From assembly GCA_028534125.1 (NCBI GenBank), contig CM052816.1, positions 22,446,001-22,510,000 of the forward strand: DNA of 64,000 nucleotides. The letters are read 5' to 3'. Both the position numbers and the translations under genes were made by a program. The first letter of the stretch is position 1. Each line of letters starts with the position of its first letter. Below are positions 24,714-38,329 of the stretch, in pieces. Source of the DNA: Lama glama (lineage: Eukaryota). The notes under the pieces were generated by a model. That model worked only from the letters and a program-made list of their open reading frames with translations. It searched no databases and was not told where the DNA came from.

Positions 24714-26329
24714 GAGATGCCAGAGGGAAAAGCCAATCTGCACAAGAGACAAAGTAAGATTCTTTAACTAACCCTGGACAACCTAGAAGAGCAGATTACT
24801 ATGGTGAAAGATATAGGGTGTTTTTATTTTTCATTTCAGATGGTGCCAGCCTGGGATTAGTCGAAACTGTTCTAAGACTGTTGGAAATAGATACTACCTG
24901 TCATGAATAACCTTGAAGCACTTAAAAACACAAAGCACTATGGTAGATCTGGGTTAAAAATGTCTCCAAGTGGCATAATCTATGTCTCTGTGCTCTAAAT
25001 ATTATAAATATCCCACCAAAACGTATTGGGCTCCTAAGGGCAAACAGTCTTTTTCAAGTACCCTTTATCTGCCTTCAATGGCCAGGAAGTCAGATCTTCT
25101 GGAACAACACTCACAGGAAAAGGGGATTGAGAGCACATAGTATGGATTCTACTGGGTCCTACAGTATGACCATGGGAATCATTTATGTAACTTTAAACAG
25201 AGTTTGATTGTGAAGAACCACACTTCACTGGTGCTTCATGCATCCGGAATGAAACTATAAATGGATCCCAGGTAAGGTTTCTCTATGCAGAGACACGCCC
25301 CCAGAGCCCACTTCAAATATGCCAACAGCTAACACCCTGTATATGTCAGAGGCCCCACCAGCTCTTCTGTTAGAAATGATCTCATTCTGTGCAGGACAGT
25401 TGGCTTGCAAACCAGAATCTAGTTCATTCATCCTCCCTCTCTGCCCTGGCAGATGTGAGCGATCCTCAGAGAGGCACCTCAGAAGCAAGGAGGCAGTGGG
25501 GTAAAGCTGCAGTTTGAACTGACGAGTAGTTGGACAGCTGATTATATTGGACCTGAGTGATTAAAATTACAGCCTCTCTATCTCTCAGGCTTTTTAATGG
25601 GTTTCACAGTGCCAGATAATTCTGAATGCCATGGAAACCTCTCACTTCAAAGCTGCAAGGGGATATGGAACGTTTATTTCCATTGGTTAGTGATTCAGTG
25701 AATTCAACATGAAATTTAAAAAGAGAAGCACTTTGGGGCCAATACTAATGCAGACGCAAAATTTAGACAAAAGTAGTAGAATAAATAGATTAGGTTCTCT
25801 TTCACTTAGATATATATAGGCAGAAGGCCAATTAGTAACGAATAGAGAATTCTCAGTATCTTTAGACTTTGTTACAATTTTGTCACCTGCAGATGTACTA
25901 CTGTCTGCAAACAAATCCATTTTCTGAGTTTTGATCCCTCTGATTAACTTCCTTTATATCATTCTTCTGTGAATCAGTTTCTGTTTTTGGCCAGATTGCT
26001 GTCAGCGTTTTAGTTTCATATTTTATCCCAAGTACATGTTTGGCACAAGTTCTGTCCTTTTAAATAAATGGAATATGAAACAGTAGATTCTGAAAATTGT
26101 TGGAGATTCATTAAGATTTTATCATTCCCATTCACTGCATTCTTCTGGGCCTAAATTAATTCCCTGAATAAGAGAATATAACTATTTCTTAATACTCTCC
26201 ATCAGTTTTCATAATAAAATTTCATTTTTTTCTTCATAGAAGAATGTATGTAAGGGAAGGTAAATCATTTTAAACCTTCTCTGCTAGTCTAAGAGAAAAA
26301 TAAATGACTAATAAAAGCAATCATCAGAG

Positions 26330-27960
26330 CTCCAGGTTAAAATGGTAGATTGAAAAAACACATCTAAATTCATTGCTACCTGAAGTAGAATCAAATGAGA
26401 TCTTAAAAAAAAAACAAAACCCTAAAACAAACCGAAAACATATACTCTCTCAAAAATGTCAGGAAAATAGCTACTGATTTTTTAAACTAAAAATCATATA
26501 GGAAAATGGCCACTGATTAAGTACATCTTCTACAGCCATCTCCTAAGTCTGCAGAGCATAGTTAGAAACAATCTGACTTTATACTAGAGTCCTCAAAATG
26601 CTCAGACGCTGGCAATGCCAGGGGTTTCTGCTATTTCTGGAAACAGAAGTGAAGGGAACACTAGGTGGGGAAAGAATAAAATAAAGAGAATATGGTAAAA
26701 GTTGTCTAGGAATCTTTCAAAATTCTTGATGTCCTCCTATACTCCAGTCCATAGAGTAAGTGTACCTCCCCTCACCCAGAAGAAATATGAAAGATAACTC
26801 TTCAGAAAAGTTTTAAATGGAGAATCTCTGGGCTGGGCATACTTAGCACAGTTGTGGGCCTGGGAAACTTAACAAAAACAGGGACACTAGAGAATAAATC
26901 GTGATTGTTGAATGCTAGAACCACCAGTCCCACCCCCATCCTCTCATCACCTCCCAGAATTCTGACAGCCAAATCTCTAGGCTGGGGGCTAGGAGACCCT
27001 TCTCTGGGATGCCAGATCAGCCCAAAAAGAAATATATTAAAAAAACTGACACCTGAAGTTGGCAGCTAATAATCTGTCAAGACCACCCCACTGTGAAACT
27101 ATAAATCTGCAAGCCACATTCCCCTACTCAGAGCATTCAATCAGCTTTGAAATTCTCATTCTGTAAGCAGATAAGAAAGGATCTAAAATATCTAAGGAAA
27201 ACTAACAGGAAGACAGCAATCAAAACAAGCATAATCAATAAGGATAAAAAAAGAAAACAAAAGGAAAGCAACTATTACTGACATCCTCCCAAATATAGGG
27301 ATGGCGTCCACGGTCATGTCAGGGAATAATAAGAAAAGAATAGCATACAAAGAACAGAAAAGTAGATCTTGGAAATTAAAAACTTTATGGCAGAAATGAA
27401 ATACATTAACAGATGGGGTGGAAGGTTAATTTGAGGAAGTCTCATAGAAAACAGAGCAAAAGGACAAAGAGGTGAAAAGAGGAAAAGGAAAAAAACAGGA
27501 GGAACTAAGAGGTTCAACATCCAAAAACAAACAAACAAACAAACAAAACAACCAAACAGCAGTTACAAAGGAAAGAACTGAGAAAACAGGAGAAAATCAC
27601 CCATCAAATAATTCAAGGCAATTTTGTAGGATTAAAGGTCACACTGAAAGGGCCCACTGAATGCCAAACACAGCGGATGGAAATAGATACACACTAAAAT
27701 ACAATGCTGAGAAATTTCATACCCTTACCAAAATAAAGAGGATATTAAAACCCTCAAAAAAGAGAAAAAAATTACAAATCAAAATGAACTTTTCCTAGAA
27801 TAACAAAGAAAATGGCAGTAACTTCTAAACTCTGAAGGGAAATTATTTCCCAACTAGAATTACATGCCCAATCAAACTATCCACCTAGTAGAAGGGTCAA
27901 ATAAAGGTATTTTCAAACACGCAAGCACAAAAACAGTAGAATTATTTTGTGCTCCACCAA
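26330..27960 (+). mobile_element. Old L1/HAL1-like 5' region and ORF1 remnant
   Basis: Starts tccaggttaaaatggtagattga. ORF1-like motifs: tcttggaaattaaaaactttatggcagaaatgaaa, gaaagggcccactgaatgcca, tctgaagggaaattatttcccaactagaatt. Confidence 0.65.
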
Positions 27961-28049
27961 AATGAGACATTTACATGGGACACAGCAGAGGACAAAGGAA
28001 CCCTAGGCTGCCTGCTGATAACCAGGCATGGCGCTGAACTAGTCAAGGT

Positions 28050-28502
28050 AAAGGATGAGCTCTGTAACAAACTCAGTCCTAAAGACGGTGGCTTAAAGAA
28101 GGCACACATTTATTTCTCTCCCACATAACCACCCAAGTTGAGCAACAAAGATCGGTGGGACATCTGTGCTTCCACACAATCATGCAGAGACCCAAGTTCC
28201 TTCTGTCTTGCTGCTCACCACATCACTGGACTATTCCACATAGTCAACGCTTGAGGATGTATCTATGTGCCAGTTTGTGGAGAAAGAATGAACAGAAATG
28301 CAGAGTAAACAATTAAAGTAGTAGTTTACATGCCCCACTTCCACTCTGACACCATAAGTGGTAACTCCGCCACGTGATCACACCCACCAGAAGAGAGCTT
28401 ACGAAACATAGTTCCTAGCTCTGCAATCATGCACCCAGTTTAAATTCTTATTGTGGGAGAAAGGAAAAGCAGACTTTGTGATATGGTATAGTCTCTGCCA
28501 TA
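28050..28502 (-). mobile_element. MaLR LTR (MLT1-like)
   Basis: ctgtaacaaa...gtggcttaaagaaggcacacatttatttctctc...tagtctctgccata. Confidence 0.65.
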
Positions 28503-30658
28503 GAGAACAGTCTGGGCTGGATAATGTTTTAAGAACTGTGGACGAGGGCAGTGTAGCTCCCTCTAGCCCGGCCTGCCTTCCCTCCAAAGTGAATAAGTAC
28601 AGAAGAAGACATAAATAATTCCCAAAAAAGAGGAATTTTCTAATTCCTAATATACATACATATTTGTGTTCACATAGATTATCTCTGTAAGGATATTCAG
28701 GGAGCTGGTAACAGTGGTTGCTTATCAAAAAAAGATAGAACTGGTAATATTTTCACTATTACCCTTTTGTTTTCCTTTTGAATTCATTTATTATTTATAG
28801 CACAAACAAGAATAAAAGAAGAATTTACGTCCCATCTCAGAATAAAATAAAATACATTCCTTTAAAAAATACAAATGCATATGCCCTCTGAACCAGCAGT
28901 TCAAGTTGTAGGAATTTATCTTACAGATATACCAGTTCAGCATTATTTACAGTTAAAAGAGAAGAAAACAATCTACATATTCAATAATAGGAAACTGATA
29001 GAATTAATCATGAACATCTATACAATGGTATACAAGATAGCCTTTTTTCTTGCAATTGACTAAAAAAAAATTGTGATCAGTAACTACATGAATGATTAAG
29101 TGAATGCAGTCTTTGGTTCTGATCACAACTTGATTTCAAAAACATTTAAAATATTACTTTGAAGAAGAAAAAGACTATTAAGACTTAAAATGCAATGGCA
29201 TGACGTTAAACTTAAATTACATGTGAATGCATAATTATTTGCCTTTATCTGTGAATCAAAATCTTTTAAGTCACACTTTTGTTCATAATAGTAATGACAA
29301 TCATATTGTTGACTTGGAAAAGTATGATAAATCAGCAAAAACACCAGGTTTGGTGTGTGTGACTTGGGTTAGTACTCAGCTCTTTCACTTAATTATTTTG
29401 TAGCCAACGCTGTAACAGATACAAAAGGTCCAAAGCTTGGTGCTCACTGAGGCTGGGCTGGGAAGCAAGAGAGAAGGTCCAGCACCACAGTCCATGGGGG
29501 CAACGGACTGAGTTATCACGGCAATTCAGTGCAGAGAACCAAAAACAAGAGAGATAAAAATTGGGGTTCAGGGTCATAAAAGATACAGGCTAATAAAACT
29601 TAACTAAACAAGGGACTGGGTCTCTGGTACCTGGTGCTTTCAATAGGCTCTCTGGGAACAGGCAGGCTGATTCCTTTTCGGTAAGATGTCTCCAAGGTGC
29701 TGGTTGGTGTCTTTATGATCTTGGCAAAGGCAAGGAACCTTGATTTCCTTATCTGTGATCTGTAAATAACAACACAGAACCAGAATTGATGTATGTGAAA
29801 GGACTCTAATAAATGTAAGATAGTATTAATTAATTTACAACTGTTGCTCAGGGCAACTCCATTGATCTAGAACAAGAGTCACATTTCCGTTAGCAGGGCT
29901 CAGCCCATCTCCATGTGTATAGAGCAACTGTGAAATCCAGTCTGCTACTGATTTTCAGCATTGTTATATGGTATCTTCTTTCCCAAGGCTGTGCTTCATG
30001 GTGTCCTGAAAATTTTTCTAACTCTGTCCTATGTTGAGAGTTCCCTAGAGCTTATTCCTATAATAACTTCACTGCTTGTAATTTGACATTTCTGTCCCAA
30101 GCCATTAACTTCACAAGACTAACCCAGAGAATGTGTGAAAGGTGTAACATCTTAGGATTCTTTTGTAGAAGTCTCCGAGCAATTAGGGGAAAAAAACAGT
30201 TCTTCAAAATTGTCTATGGTGGGTCCAACTGTAAAATTACTCCAGAATTTAGTTAGAGACTCAGCAGTTCATTGGCTTATGATCTGCCAACGCACACGGC
30301 AGCCTTTAGCATTCATAATGCCTATTTATTAAATGACCATAGGTCACCTCCCTTTGTTCCTAGCAGTATGCAGATGATCTTAAATAAAATCACATAGCTA
30401 AATGTCTGCAGTGCGCTACAGACAGACTTTTAAAACCCTAAACCTACATGACTGTTTTGATGAGGCATCTCTTATAGATACCCAGTGTGGCAAGATGCAC
30501 CTATGCTGGATAAGTACATAGCACCTTACGGTGTGTTCCCACATGAACTGCTGCAGTCTGAAAGAATAAACATGTTGAGTAAATGGGAATTTAGGTCAGC
30601 AAAAAGCAAGCTTTTTATAGTGCCATAAATTCAGGAGCAAAACACAGACATTCATCAC

Positions 30659-30780
30659 TGTGGCAGAAATGGTTAAGTGCTTCCCAATCCCCATTCTCCC
30701 TTTCTGCTCATTTTCATCTGGGCAGTTTGCCACACAGCTAAAAGCCTCTATTCCCCAGTCTCCCTGACTGTGTGGCAATT
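30659..30780 (+). mobile_element. MaLR LTR 5' fragment (MLT1-like)
   Basis: tgtggcagaaatggttaagtgcttcccaatccccattctccctttc...acagctaaaagcctctattccccagtctccc. Confidence 0.55.
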
Positions 30781-31725
30781 CCTTGTCTCGAAATGTAATG
30801 GTGGATGAATAAATATATAGAAAAACATCATCTGTAAGCGTACGTCTGTGTTACACCAGCCTGGGAAGATGGGTAAATCTTTTCCTTCAGCGAACAGCCT
30901 TTGGTATCTGACCTTTGGAGCAAGGGGTGATGGGAGCTGGCAAAATATTTAAGCTTGTTTGACCTGAACACATGTGTCATGTGCACATTTCTTATCAGGA
31001 ACCATAATCAGAAAGACAAAAAAGAGCAAGTGAATCTGGAATCAGCTATGTCACTATAATGATGATGTTTTGCTACATAATATTCTTGTCAAAAGACACC
31101 CATATTCTTCTGAGATAGGAAGAGTTTAATAAAGCATATAGACTTAGAAAAGGGTCAGATGCAAGGTTCATAAAACTGTATCTCCTCCTGCTAATTCTTC
31201 TGATCTCAGATCCTATTATAAACACCAAAGTGTTTTGTTCATCTTGGTTCCCCAAATCTTAGTTCAGTGTCTGCCCTTGCCCCTTACCCAGGGGGTGTTC
31301 CTCCCTTGACCTCCCAAGTCTCCCAATTTCTGTTTCAGGACCCCTGCAGTTCAAAGATACTAACTTGTTGTGCAGCTGTAACAAGTAATGGACTTGGACT
31401 GTCCTTAACGAATGATACGGCTTCATTTCATAAAACTGTCTATTTAAGTCACAAAATCTGGATCTAGATATCAAAAAATCTAAGGCCTCAGCCTTTAGGT
31501 ATCAAAGTATTACTATCTTTACAAATGAAGCACAGAAAGATTAAGGGATTTACCAAAGATCGTGTGACTTGTTAGCCAAGACAAGGCCAGAACACAGGTC
31601 TCCTGTCTTCTAAAAGCTACTTTCTTTTATACTTTATGGAAGGGGGTCACTTGAAGCACCTCCAAAAGTGAAAACACACTGCAGAAATTCCTTCAGTGGT
31701 GCTGGTTAGGGAGGGTGGTCACGAG

Positions 31726-32130
31726 TGTATCGGTTACACATGGCCACAAGAACAATGTGTAACAAAATACCTAAAATTCAGTGGCTTAAAACAAGTCATT
31801 TGTTCTCACAGCCCTGTATGTCAACTGGGGTGGCTCTGCTTCACTCCTACTCTTTTCCCAGGTCAACTAGGTAAAGGATGTCTATCGCATGGTGATGACT
31901 GAGGCACAAGAGGACAAGTAGAAACCTGATGCCTTTTCAGTGCTTCCATCAGCCAACACAAGTTACATGGTCAATCTCAGCATCACTGGGATAAGAAAAT
32001 CTACTCCAACTACTGTGGGAGGGCACACTGCAAGGTAATGAATGTGGCAAAGGAAGATACAGTCCTCTTGGGAACTGGTAGCAGTGGGAGTAGGGGTGAA
32101 GAGTTGGAGTAGTAATTCAGTCTACCACCA
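31726..32130 (-). mobile_element. MaLR LTR (MLT1-like)
   Basis: tgtaacaaaatacctaaaattcagtggcttaaaacaagtcatttgttctcacag...aattcagtctaccac. Confidence 0.7.
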
Positions 32131-33208
32131 TGTATCAGAAGAAAATGGGGTTTTCATAAAAGTATCTTATTTGCAGTCAGTGCCTACCATGGATGAAGCT
32201 CATAACAAATTGTTTCATACTCTTTAAAATTCCATTAAGTGATCACATTTCCTAGAGGAACTACATATAATCCAGGACACCAATTTTTTTTAGGAGACAA
32301 CTGATACAAAATACAGAATTTGATTGATGAAAACTGACTGCTAGCAATGTTTTTTAAAAGGATCTCATTTTAAAAAGCAGATAAAAGTTTTATACCTTAA
32401 AAAAAGAGATGAAAGAGGTAAAGTTGGATGAATACCAAAGTTCAAAAATGTCAGTTCAAGTAGAACTTCAGTTAATAAAATGTGTTCATCACTAAGCTGT
32501 GTGTGTGTGTAAAATGGGTATTTTTTCATGCTGTGCCATCTACTTGTTCATAAAGTGTTATGACTCTTTACCAAGTAATTGTTATGAGATATCACTCACA
32601 AAAACTATTCCTTCATGGTACTTTATGAAGTCAGTTCAATAGGGAAAAAGCATAGAGGTTTTTTTTTTTTTATTTGTTTTTTGTCAATATGGTCGGTGAG
32701 CTCACAGAGACACTTCAATGATGAGGCTTACTTCTTTTTCAAAATAAACTTTTATCTTATGACACCCTTTAAATTTCATAATGTAGAGATTCTTTTCTAA
32801 ATAACATCTGATTTTAACTGACAAGCAGTATACCTCTGCAAACACAGCTGCACGATGTACTTTTCCTAAGTATATGTATATACCAACAAACTGTCAAAAA
32901 TCTGAATTTAATCTATTGTTCCATGGTGCTGGGAAAAAGAAAATCTGTGGGTCTCCTCTGGAGTCAACCAGTACTTCATTTATAACTACTTGTTCAGAAT
33001 ATGTTAGTACTAGAAAAAAACTGTAAGTATGTTTTCATCATTTGATAAAATACTTCTTTTAAAAATTAAAAAATAAAAGTTGGGGCTGTTCTCTTCTTCA
33101 CTGCTAGATGGAGTAACACATATTATGTAAATGCATGTGAAGTATTTCTGTTTTTGATGCCCTAATTGTCTCAGCTTCTCAGTGCTTTTGAATGTAGTGA
33201 AGGATATA

Positions 33209-33708
33209 NNNNNNNNNNNNNNNNNNNNNNNNNNNNNNNNNNNNNNNNNNNNNNNNNNNNNNNNNNNNNNNNNNNNNNNNNNNNNNNNNNNNNNNNNNNN
33301 NNNNNNNNNNNNNNNNNNNNNNNNNNNNNNNNNNNNNNNNNNNNNNNNNNNNNNNNNNNNNNNNNNNNNNNNNNNNNNNNNNNNNNNNNNNNNNNNNNNN
33401 NNNNNNNNNNNNNNNNNNNNNNNNNNNNNNNNNNNNNNNNNNNNNNNNNNNNNNNNNNNNNNNNNNNNNNNNNNNNNNNNNNNNNNNNNNNNNNNNNNNN
33501 NNNNNNNNNNNNNNNNNNNNNNNNNNNNNNNNNNNNNNNNNNNNNNNNNNNNNNNNNNNNNNNNNNNNNNNNNNNNNNNNNNNNNNNNNNNNNNNNNNNN
33601 NNNNNNNNNNNNNNNNNNNNNNNNNNNNNNNNNNNNNNNNNNNNNNNNNNNNNNNNNNNNNNNNNNNNNNNNNNNNNNNNNNNNNNNNNNNNNNNNNNNN
33701 NNNNNNNN
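33209..33708. other. Assembly gap (500 N)
   Basis: Run of N. It abuts a young L1, whose 3' part probably lies in the gap. Confidence 1.
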
Positions 33709-34097
33709 TTTGGATTGGGTTGTTTATTTTTTCCTTATTGAGTCGTATGAGCTGCTTATATATTCTGGAGATCAAGCCTTTGTTGGTTTCATTTGCAAAA
33801 ATTTTTTCCCATTTCGTAGGTTGTCTTTTTGTTTTACTTCTGGTTTCCTTTGCTGTGCAGAAGCTTGTAAGTTTCATTAGGTCCCATTTGTTTATTCTTG
33901 CTTTTATTTCTTCTAGGAGAACATTTTTGAGATGTATGTCAGATAATGTTTTGCCTATATTTTCCTCTAGGAGGTTTATTGTATCTTGTCTTATGTTTAA
34001 GTCTTTGATCCATCTTGAGTTGATTTTTGTGTATGGTGTAAGGGAGTGTTCTAGCTTCACTGTTTTACGTGCTGCTGTCCAGTTTTCCCAACACCAT
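33709..34097 (-). mobile_element. Young L1 ORF2 fragment, 5'-truncated, running into the gap
   Basis: Open frame [39 protein letters not shown]...[18 protein letters not shown]...[24 protein letters not shown]. Confidence 0.95.
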
Positions 34098-34339
34098 TTT
34101 TTTGTTGTTTACAAAATCAAAATCTCAACATGTTCTTTATTTCATGGAGACCTAACAGTGGGAAACACAGACTTAATGATCCTCAACTGCTTCACTGACC
34201 ACCAACTATGGGATTTATTTTAATTATTATCCTATTTATTTATGATTTTAGTATAACTGCTTCTAGTCTTTTATCTGTAAAGATCTTTATGGAGTAGACA
34301 TAATATTGTGCACACAAATGAGCTACCATTGCTTTTGAA

Positions 34340-34800
34340 ATTTAAATTTAGAACACAAATATTCCCTTACGTTATTAAAAACTTTTTAAAGTCCTATTTT
34401 AATAGTACATAACAATTAGATATACTTACTAAATCTTATGTATCTACTTCCTAATAATTAAATTAATTAGGCTCCTTCCATTTTAAGTTATTATATATAA
34501 TACTATGATGTAGAAATGTACTTATATTATGATTTTAGGCATTTCAGATTATTTTCTTAGGCTAGATTCCACAAGTGAAATTATTGGGCCAAATAATAGG
34601 GACATTTTCAGACATTTAGTTCAAATTCCCAAATTATTTTCCAAAAGACTTATGGCAGATAATTCTCCCATTAGTTTTATATTTGAGTGATAGCCTCACT
34701 TCTATCTCAGTAGTATTTAGCTTAATCTTACTTTCAAATAGATCATGAACATTATTACTGCTTTAAGTCTATATTTCTTTCATTACTAGTGAGGGTAATT
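34340..34800 (-). mobile_element. Old L1ME-like 3' fragment
   Basis: ttcttaggctagattccacaagtgaaattattgggccaaa...ccaaattattttccaaaag. Confidence 0.55.
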
Positions 34801-35374
34801 TGTCTTAGTGATTATTTGTATACAATGAAAATTCAATCTCTGATTGTCTAATTTCCAAAAACAGATTTCTTTAAATTAAAATATTCTAGGTCCTATTTAG
34901 TTGCCTTTTCATCTAGTATAGGGAATTTCATTTCCTCCTATTTAGTGAAAATTTGGCAGTTCAATTATTTACCATGTACCACTATTACCCTAGAAACTGG
35001 AGCCAGGTCTCACTCTGGCCCTTCTGTGGCTGCATCTCTCTCTACAAGGCAAGGAGTCCCTGGGGCCAAAGGAACAAGCAGCCTGATGTCTGCCCCCTCC
35101 ACCTCCCGTCATGACAGTCCAGGTACCCAGCGCCTGGAGTTCCCTACATGAATGGCTCCAAGTCTATGCCAGGGGTTACAAGGGTCCCTTCCACAACTCC
35201 CTCCCCTTCCATGGGCCTCCCTTCGTAGGCTTACCCTAGAAGTGCCAATGTTAGGAACCAGCCCTGCATAGACTCCTCCATATCTCACCTTTTGAGTATA
35301 TTGTTTCTGAACTCATTCACAGATTAATCCCTGGAACTTTTATATTTCCTTTCAGCCAGTTGCAGGGCCAAGTT

Positions 35375-35585
35375 ATTAAACACAAATGAACTGGAATCAG
35401 TATGGGTTTGAATTCTGGCTCTGCTCCTTACTAGCCTTGTGACTTTAAATAAGCAATTTAATGCGTTTAATCTCATTAAGCCTCAAATCTAGAATGTAGA
35501 TACTTTCTAATACAGGATTAGGAGTATAGAATTATTTAATGTATATAGTGATTAACATATAAAGTCACTTGGTAAATTACAGTCT
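35375..35585 (+). mobile_element. MIR
   Basis: gggtttgaattctggctctgctccttactagccttgtgacttt. Confidence 0.65.
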
Positions 35586-37010
35586 TCATTATGAGGAGAA
35601 ATAATCAAGTATTAGGGAAAATTAGGTGTTCTCTTCATCTTCTGAGTATGTATTCAGGCAGAAAGTTCACTGTGAATTTGTGTGGATGTGTGTTAGTGCC
35701 TGTGCTCACCCATGTGGTCACAGAGACGCAGGTTTAAACTAAAAATTGAATGTTAAAGACTGAGTTTGGCTTAAAAGGTGCAGAAGTAGTAAAAACAGTC
35801 AAACTTCTTGGTATGAAATCCCAGCATGATGTGTCATAAAGAGAATCACATTCAAAATCAGCAAGTCTTAAAAAAAAGAATCAGCAAGTCTTATATTCAC
35901 ATTAGACTTTAAGGAAAGTAACCACTCTGAACTTCAATTTCCCTATTTATAAAATGGCAGTAATATTTTTTTCTCCCCATATAAGAATATGATTTTACAT
36001 ACATTTATTTATATGAAAATACAGATTATAAAATTATAAAATTTTACCCACTTTAACAGTAGTAGTACCTACAGCAGTCGTACAGGGATGAAGGCAGTAT
36101 CTGTGGTTACAGTCATCTGCAGTGATTACAGAGAGTCGTGTCCACAGCAGTTCCTGTGATTGGCTAACATCCACTACTCTAGTTAGAATATTTTCACCCA
36201 AAAGGTACATATGCTCATTTTGGCTTCCGTAATGTCTCGTTCAATTAGCATTAAAAAATTAAATGGAAAATAAATATATTCATTGAAACAAGAAGAAAGT
36301 CAGTCTGAAAACCTTTAAATTTGGGGACATGGACTTGAACTGAATTCAATTCAGTAATGGTTAAAAACCTCCAGATAGGAAAATAAATGTAATATGGCTC
36401 ATTATTTGTGTGTGTGTGTATGGAAGAGAGAGTGTGCGAGCGAGCATAACCTGCAGAAATAGTATGAAACTAGGCATATGATTCATTCTGTTAAAAAAAT
36501 AAAAAAACTCTAGACCTTAGAAACATCGAGTAATAACTAAAAACAAACTGTAGAGGGATAAGAACAAAACGTCACTATTCTACCTTAATATTAACTCTCT
36601 TGGTTTCTTTAATATATTGATATTTACACCCTACCAAATTCTGAGAAATTTACTTCCATTATTTCTTCAAATAATTTCTTCTTTCTATATTTACTTTTTC
36701 CCTCCCTTCTGAACTCGCCACTGTATCTCCTATTCCAATCCTTCATATCTCTTTAGCCTTTCCTTTTATATTTTTTCTCTATTACTTCCTAATGACTTCT
36801 GGATGGTCTCCCAATCTGACTTTCCAGTTCTCTTCAGCTATACCCATCAGATTATCCATCTTATGTATTAGGTTCTATATTTCAAATAATACATTTTTCA
36901 TACCTAATTTTTCTACTTGGTTACTCTTTATGATTCTTGCTGTATTTCATATTGCTAATATCATCCCTTATCTCTTTAATTAAACATGATTATTTTAATT
37001 TATTGGTCCA

Positions 37011-37370
37011 TGTATTAGAATAGACTGTGATATAGTAATTAAAAAAACCCCAAACCTCAGTGGATTAACTTATCCAAAGGCCACTACAGGTCCTGGCAAT
37101 GATTCAGGGCAACAGCATGTGGTGTCTCAGAAATCCATCATTATGTAGTTAACCTGTCTGGAGCATGCAACCCATTTGGTCAACACAGTAGGGGAAAAGA
37201 GTTCTGGAGAGTCTTGTATTGGCAATTAAAAGCTTCACCTAGGTGTAATAAATCATAACTTTGACTCATAAAGAAGTAGTAATAATCATAATCAGAGTTA
37301 GAAAAGTGCAACCTTCCTATTTGCCTGGAAAGAGAAAAGAACCTATTATGGATGAACATTACCCATCACT
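37011..37370 (-). mobile_element. MaLR LTR (old MLT1-like)
   Basis: tgtattagaatagactgtgatatagtaatt...cccaaacctcagtggattaac...ggcaattaaaagcttc. Confidence 0.5.
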
Positions 37371-37480
37371 GGAGTCTCTGTGTTCCAGTATGTATCTGCT
37401 TCAGATTACATATACTGCCTGGTTCATTGATTTCCTTCTGAGTTAGTTGAACTCCTCAGATGGAGACCAAGAGTCACCAC

Positions 37481-37790
37481 TGTGATGGTTAATTTGTCAA
37501 CTTGGCTAGGCCGTGACTCTCAGGTATTTGGTCAAACATTATTCTACAGGTTTCCATGTAGGTAATTTTTTAGATGAGATTAACATTTAAATCAGCAGTC
37601 TTGGAGGAAAGTAGATCATAATTTGGGTGGACCTCATCCAATCAGTTGAAGGTCTTATTCTAAAGACTGACCTCCCTATAGGAAAATGGGATTCTGTCAG
37701 CAGACAGCCTTCGGACTCAAACTGCAACATCCACTCTTTCCTGGGTCTCCGGGCCACTCTGCAGATTATGGACTTGCTGTACCTGTGTGA
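37481..37790 (+). mobile_element. ERVL LTR (MLT2-like)
   Basis: tgtgatggttaatttgtcaacttggctaggcc...gatgagattaacatttaaatcag...ctcatccaatcagttgaagg. Confidence 0.85.
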
Positions 37791-37937
37791 ACATAGCTTC
37801 TGGGAATACTCCTTTAGCTCACTATGCCAATTCATCCTGCATCATGACATGGAAAAGGTCACACTGCAATATGAGAATAAGATTTAAAATTCAGGTCTCA
37901 TAATCCTGGATCCACCTCTTCTCAGAGGTCTCATTCT

Positions 37938-38329
37938 CTATCATAGATTCCCAGTGCTTGAGCTCCACAGAGTCCCCTGCTATTTCCATGGGGTGAGACC
38001 AGGACAGGGGCTCTCACAATGCTGAAGGGGTGCTGGCTGTCCCCCTGGGCTCCCCTTTTCCCCTGGAGGTCCTGCAGGTCAGGGGGAACCTCTCTCTGTG
38101 GTGCTGCACTGGCCTGTGGGGGGCAGGGAAGGGTGTGGTGAGCCTCTAGCGGCTTCTCTTACCCTTTGAATGCAATCTCCCTTGGTCTCTGTGGTGCAGG
38201 ATGGTGCTTCAGCCTCACCTCTGTGTTCTGGGATTCTCTCAGTGATGTCTTGTTCATGAATAGTTGTTTGTTCTTGTGAGGGGGAGTCAAGTCAGGAACC
38301 ACCTATGTTACCATCTTGGTGACTCACTG
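37938..38329 (-). mobile_element. L1 5'UTR-only fragment with perfect 15-bp TSD and no poly(A)
   Basis: Minus strand begins cagtgagtcaccaagatggtaacataggtggttcctgac (old L1 5' end). TSD cagaggtctcattct at 37923-37937 and 38330-38344. Confidence 0.8.

Noticed and set aside
13194..25271. Plus-strand exon-like pairs (13194-13222, 25201-25271)
   Set aside because: Isolated, no recognisable peptide, and opposite to the inferred transcription direction. Compatible with chance, though an antisense transcript cannot be excluded.
33166..34060. Long ORFs of 191-293 aa in the ORF track
   Set aside because: Artefacts of translating through the 500-N gap. The only real part is an L1 ORF2 fragment.
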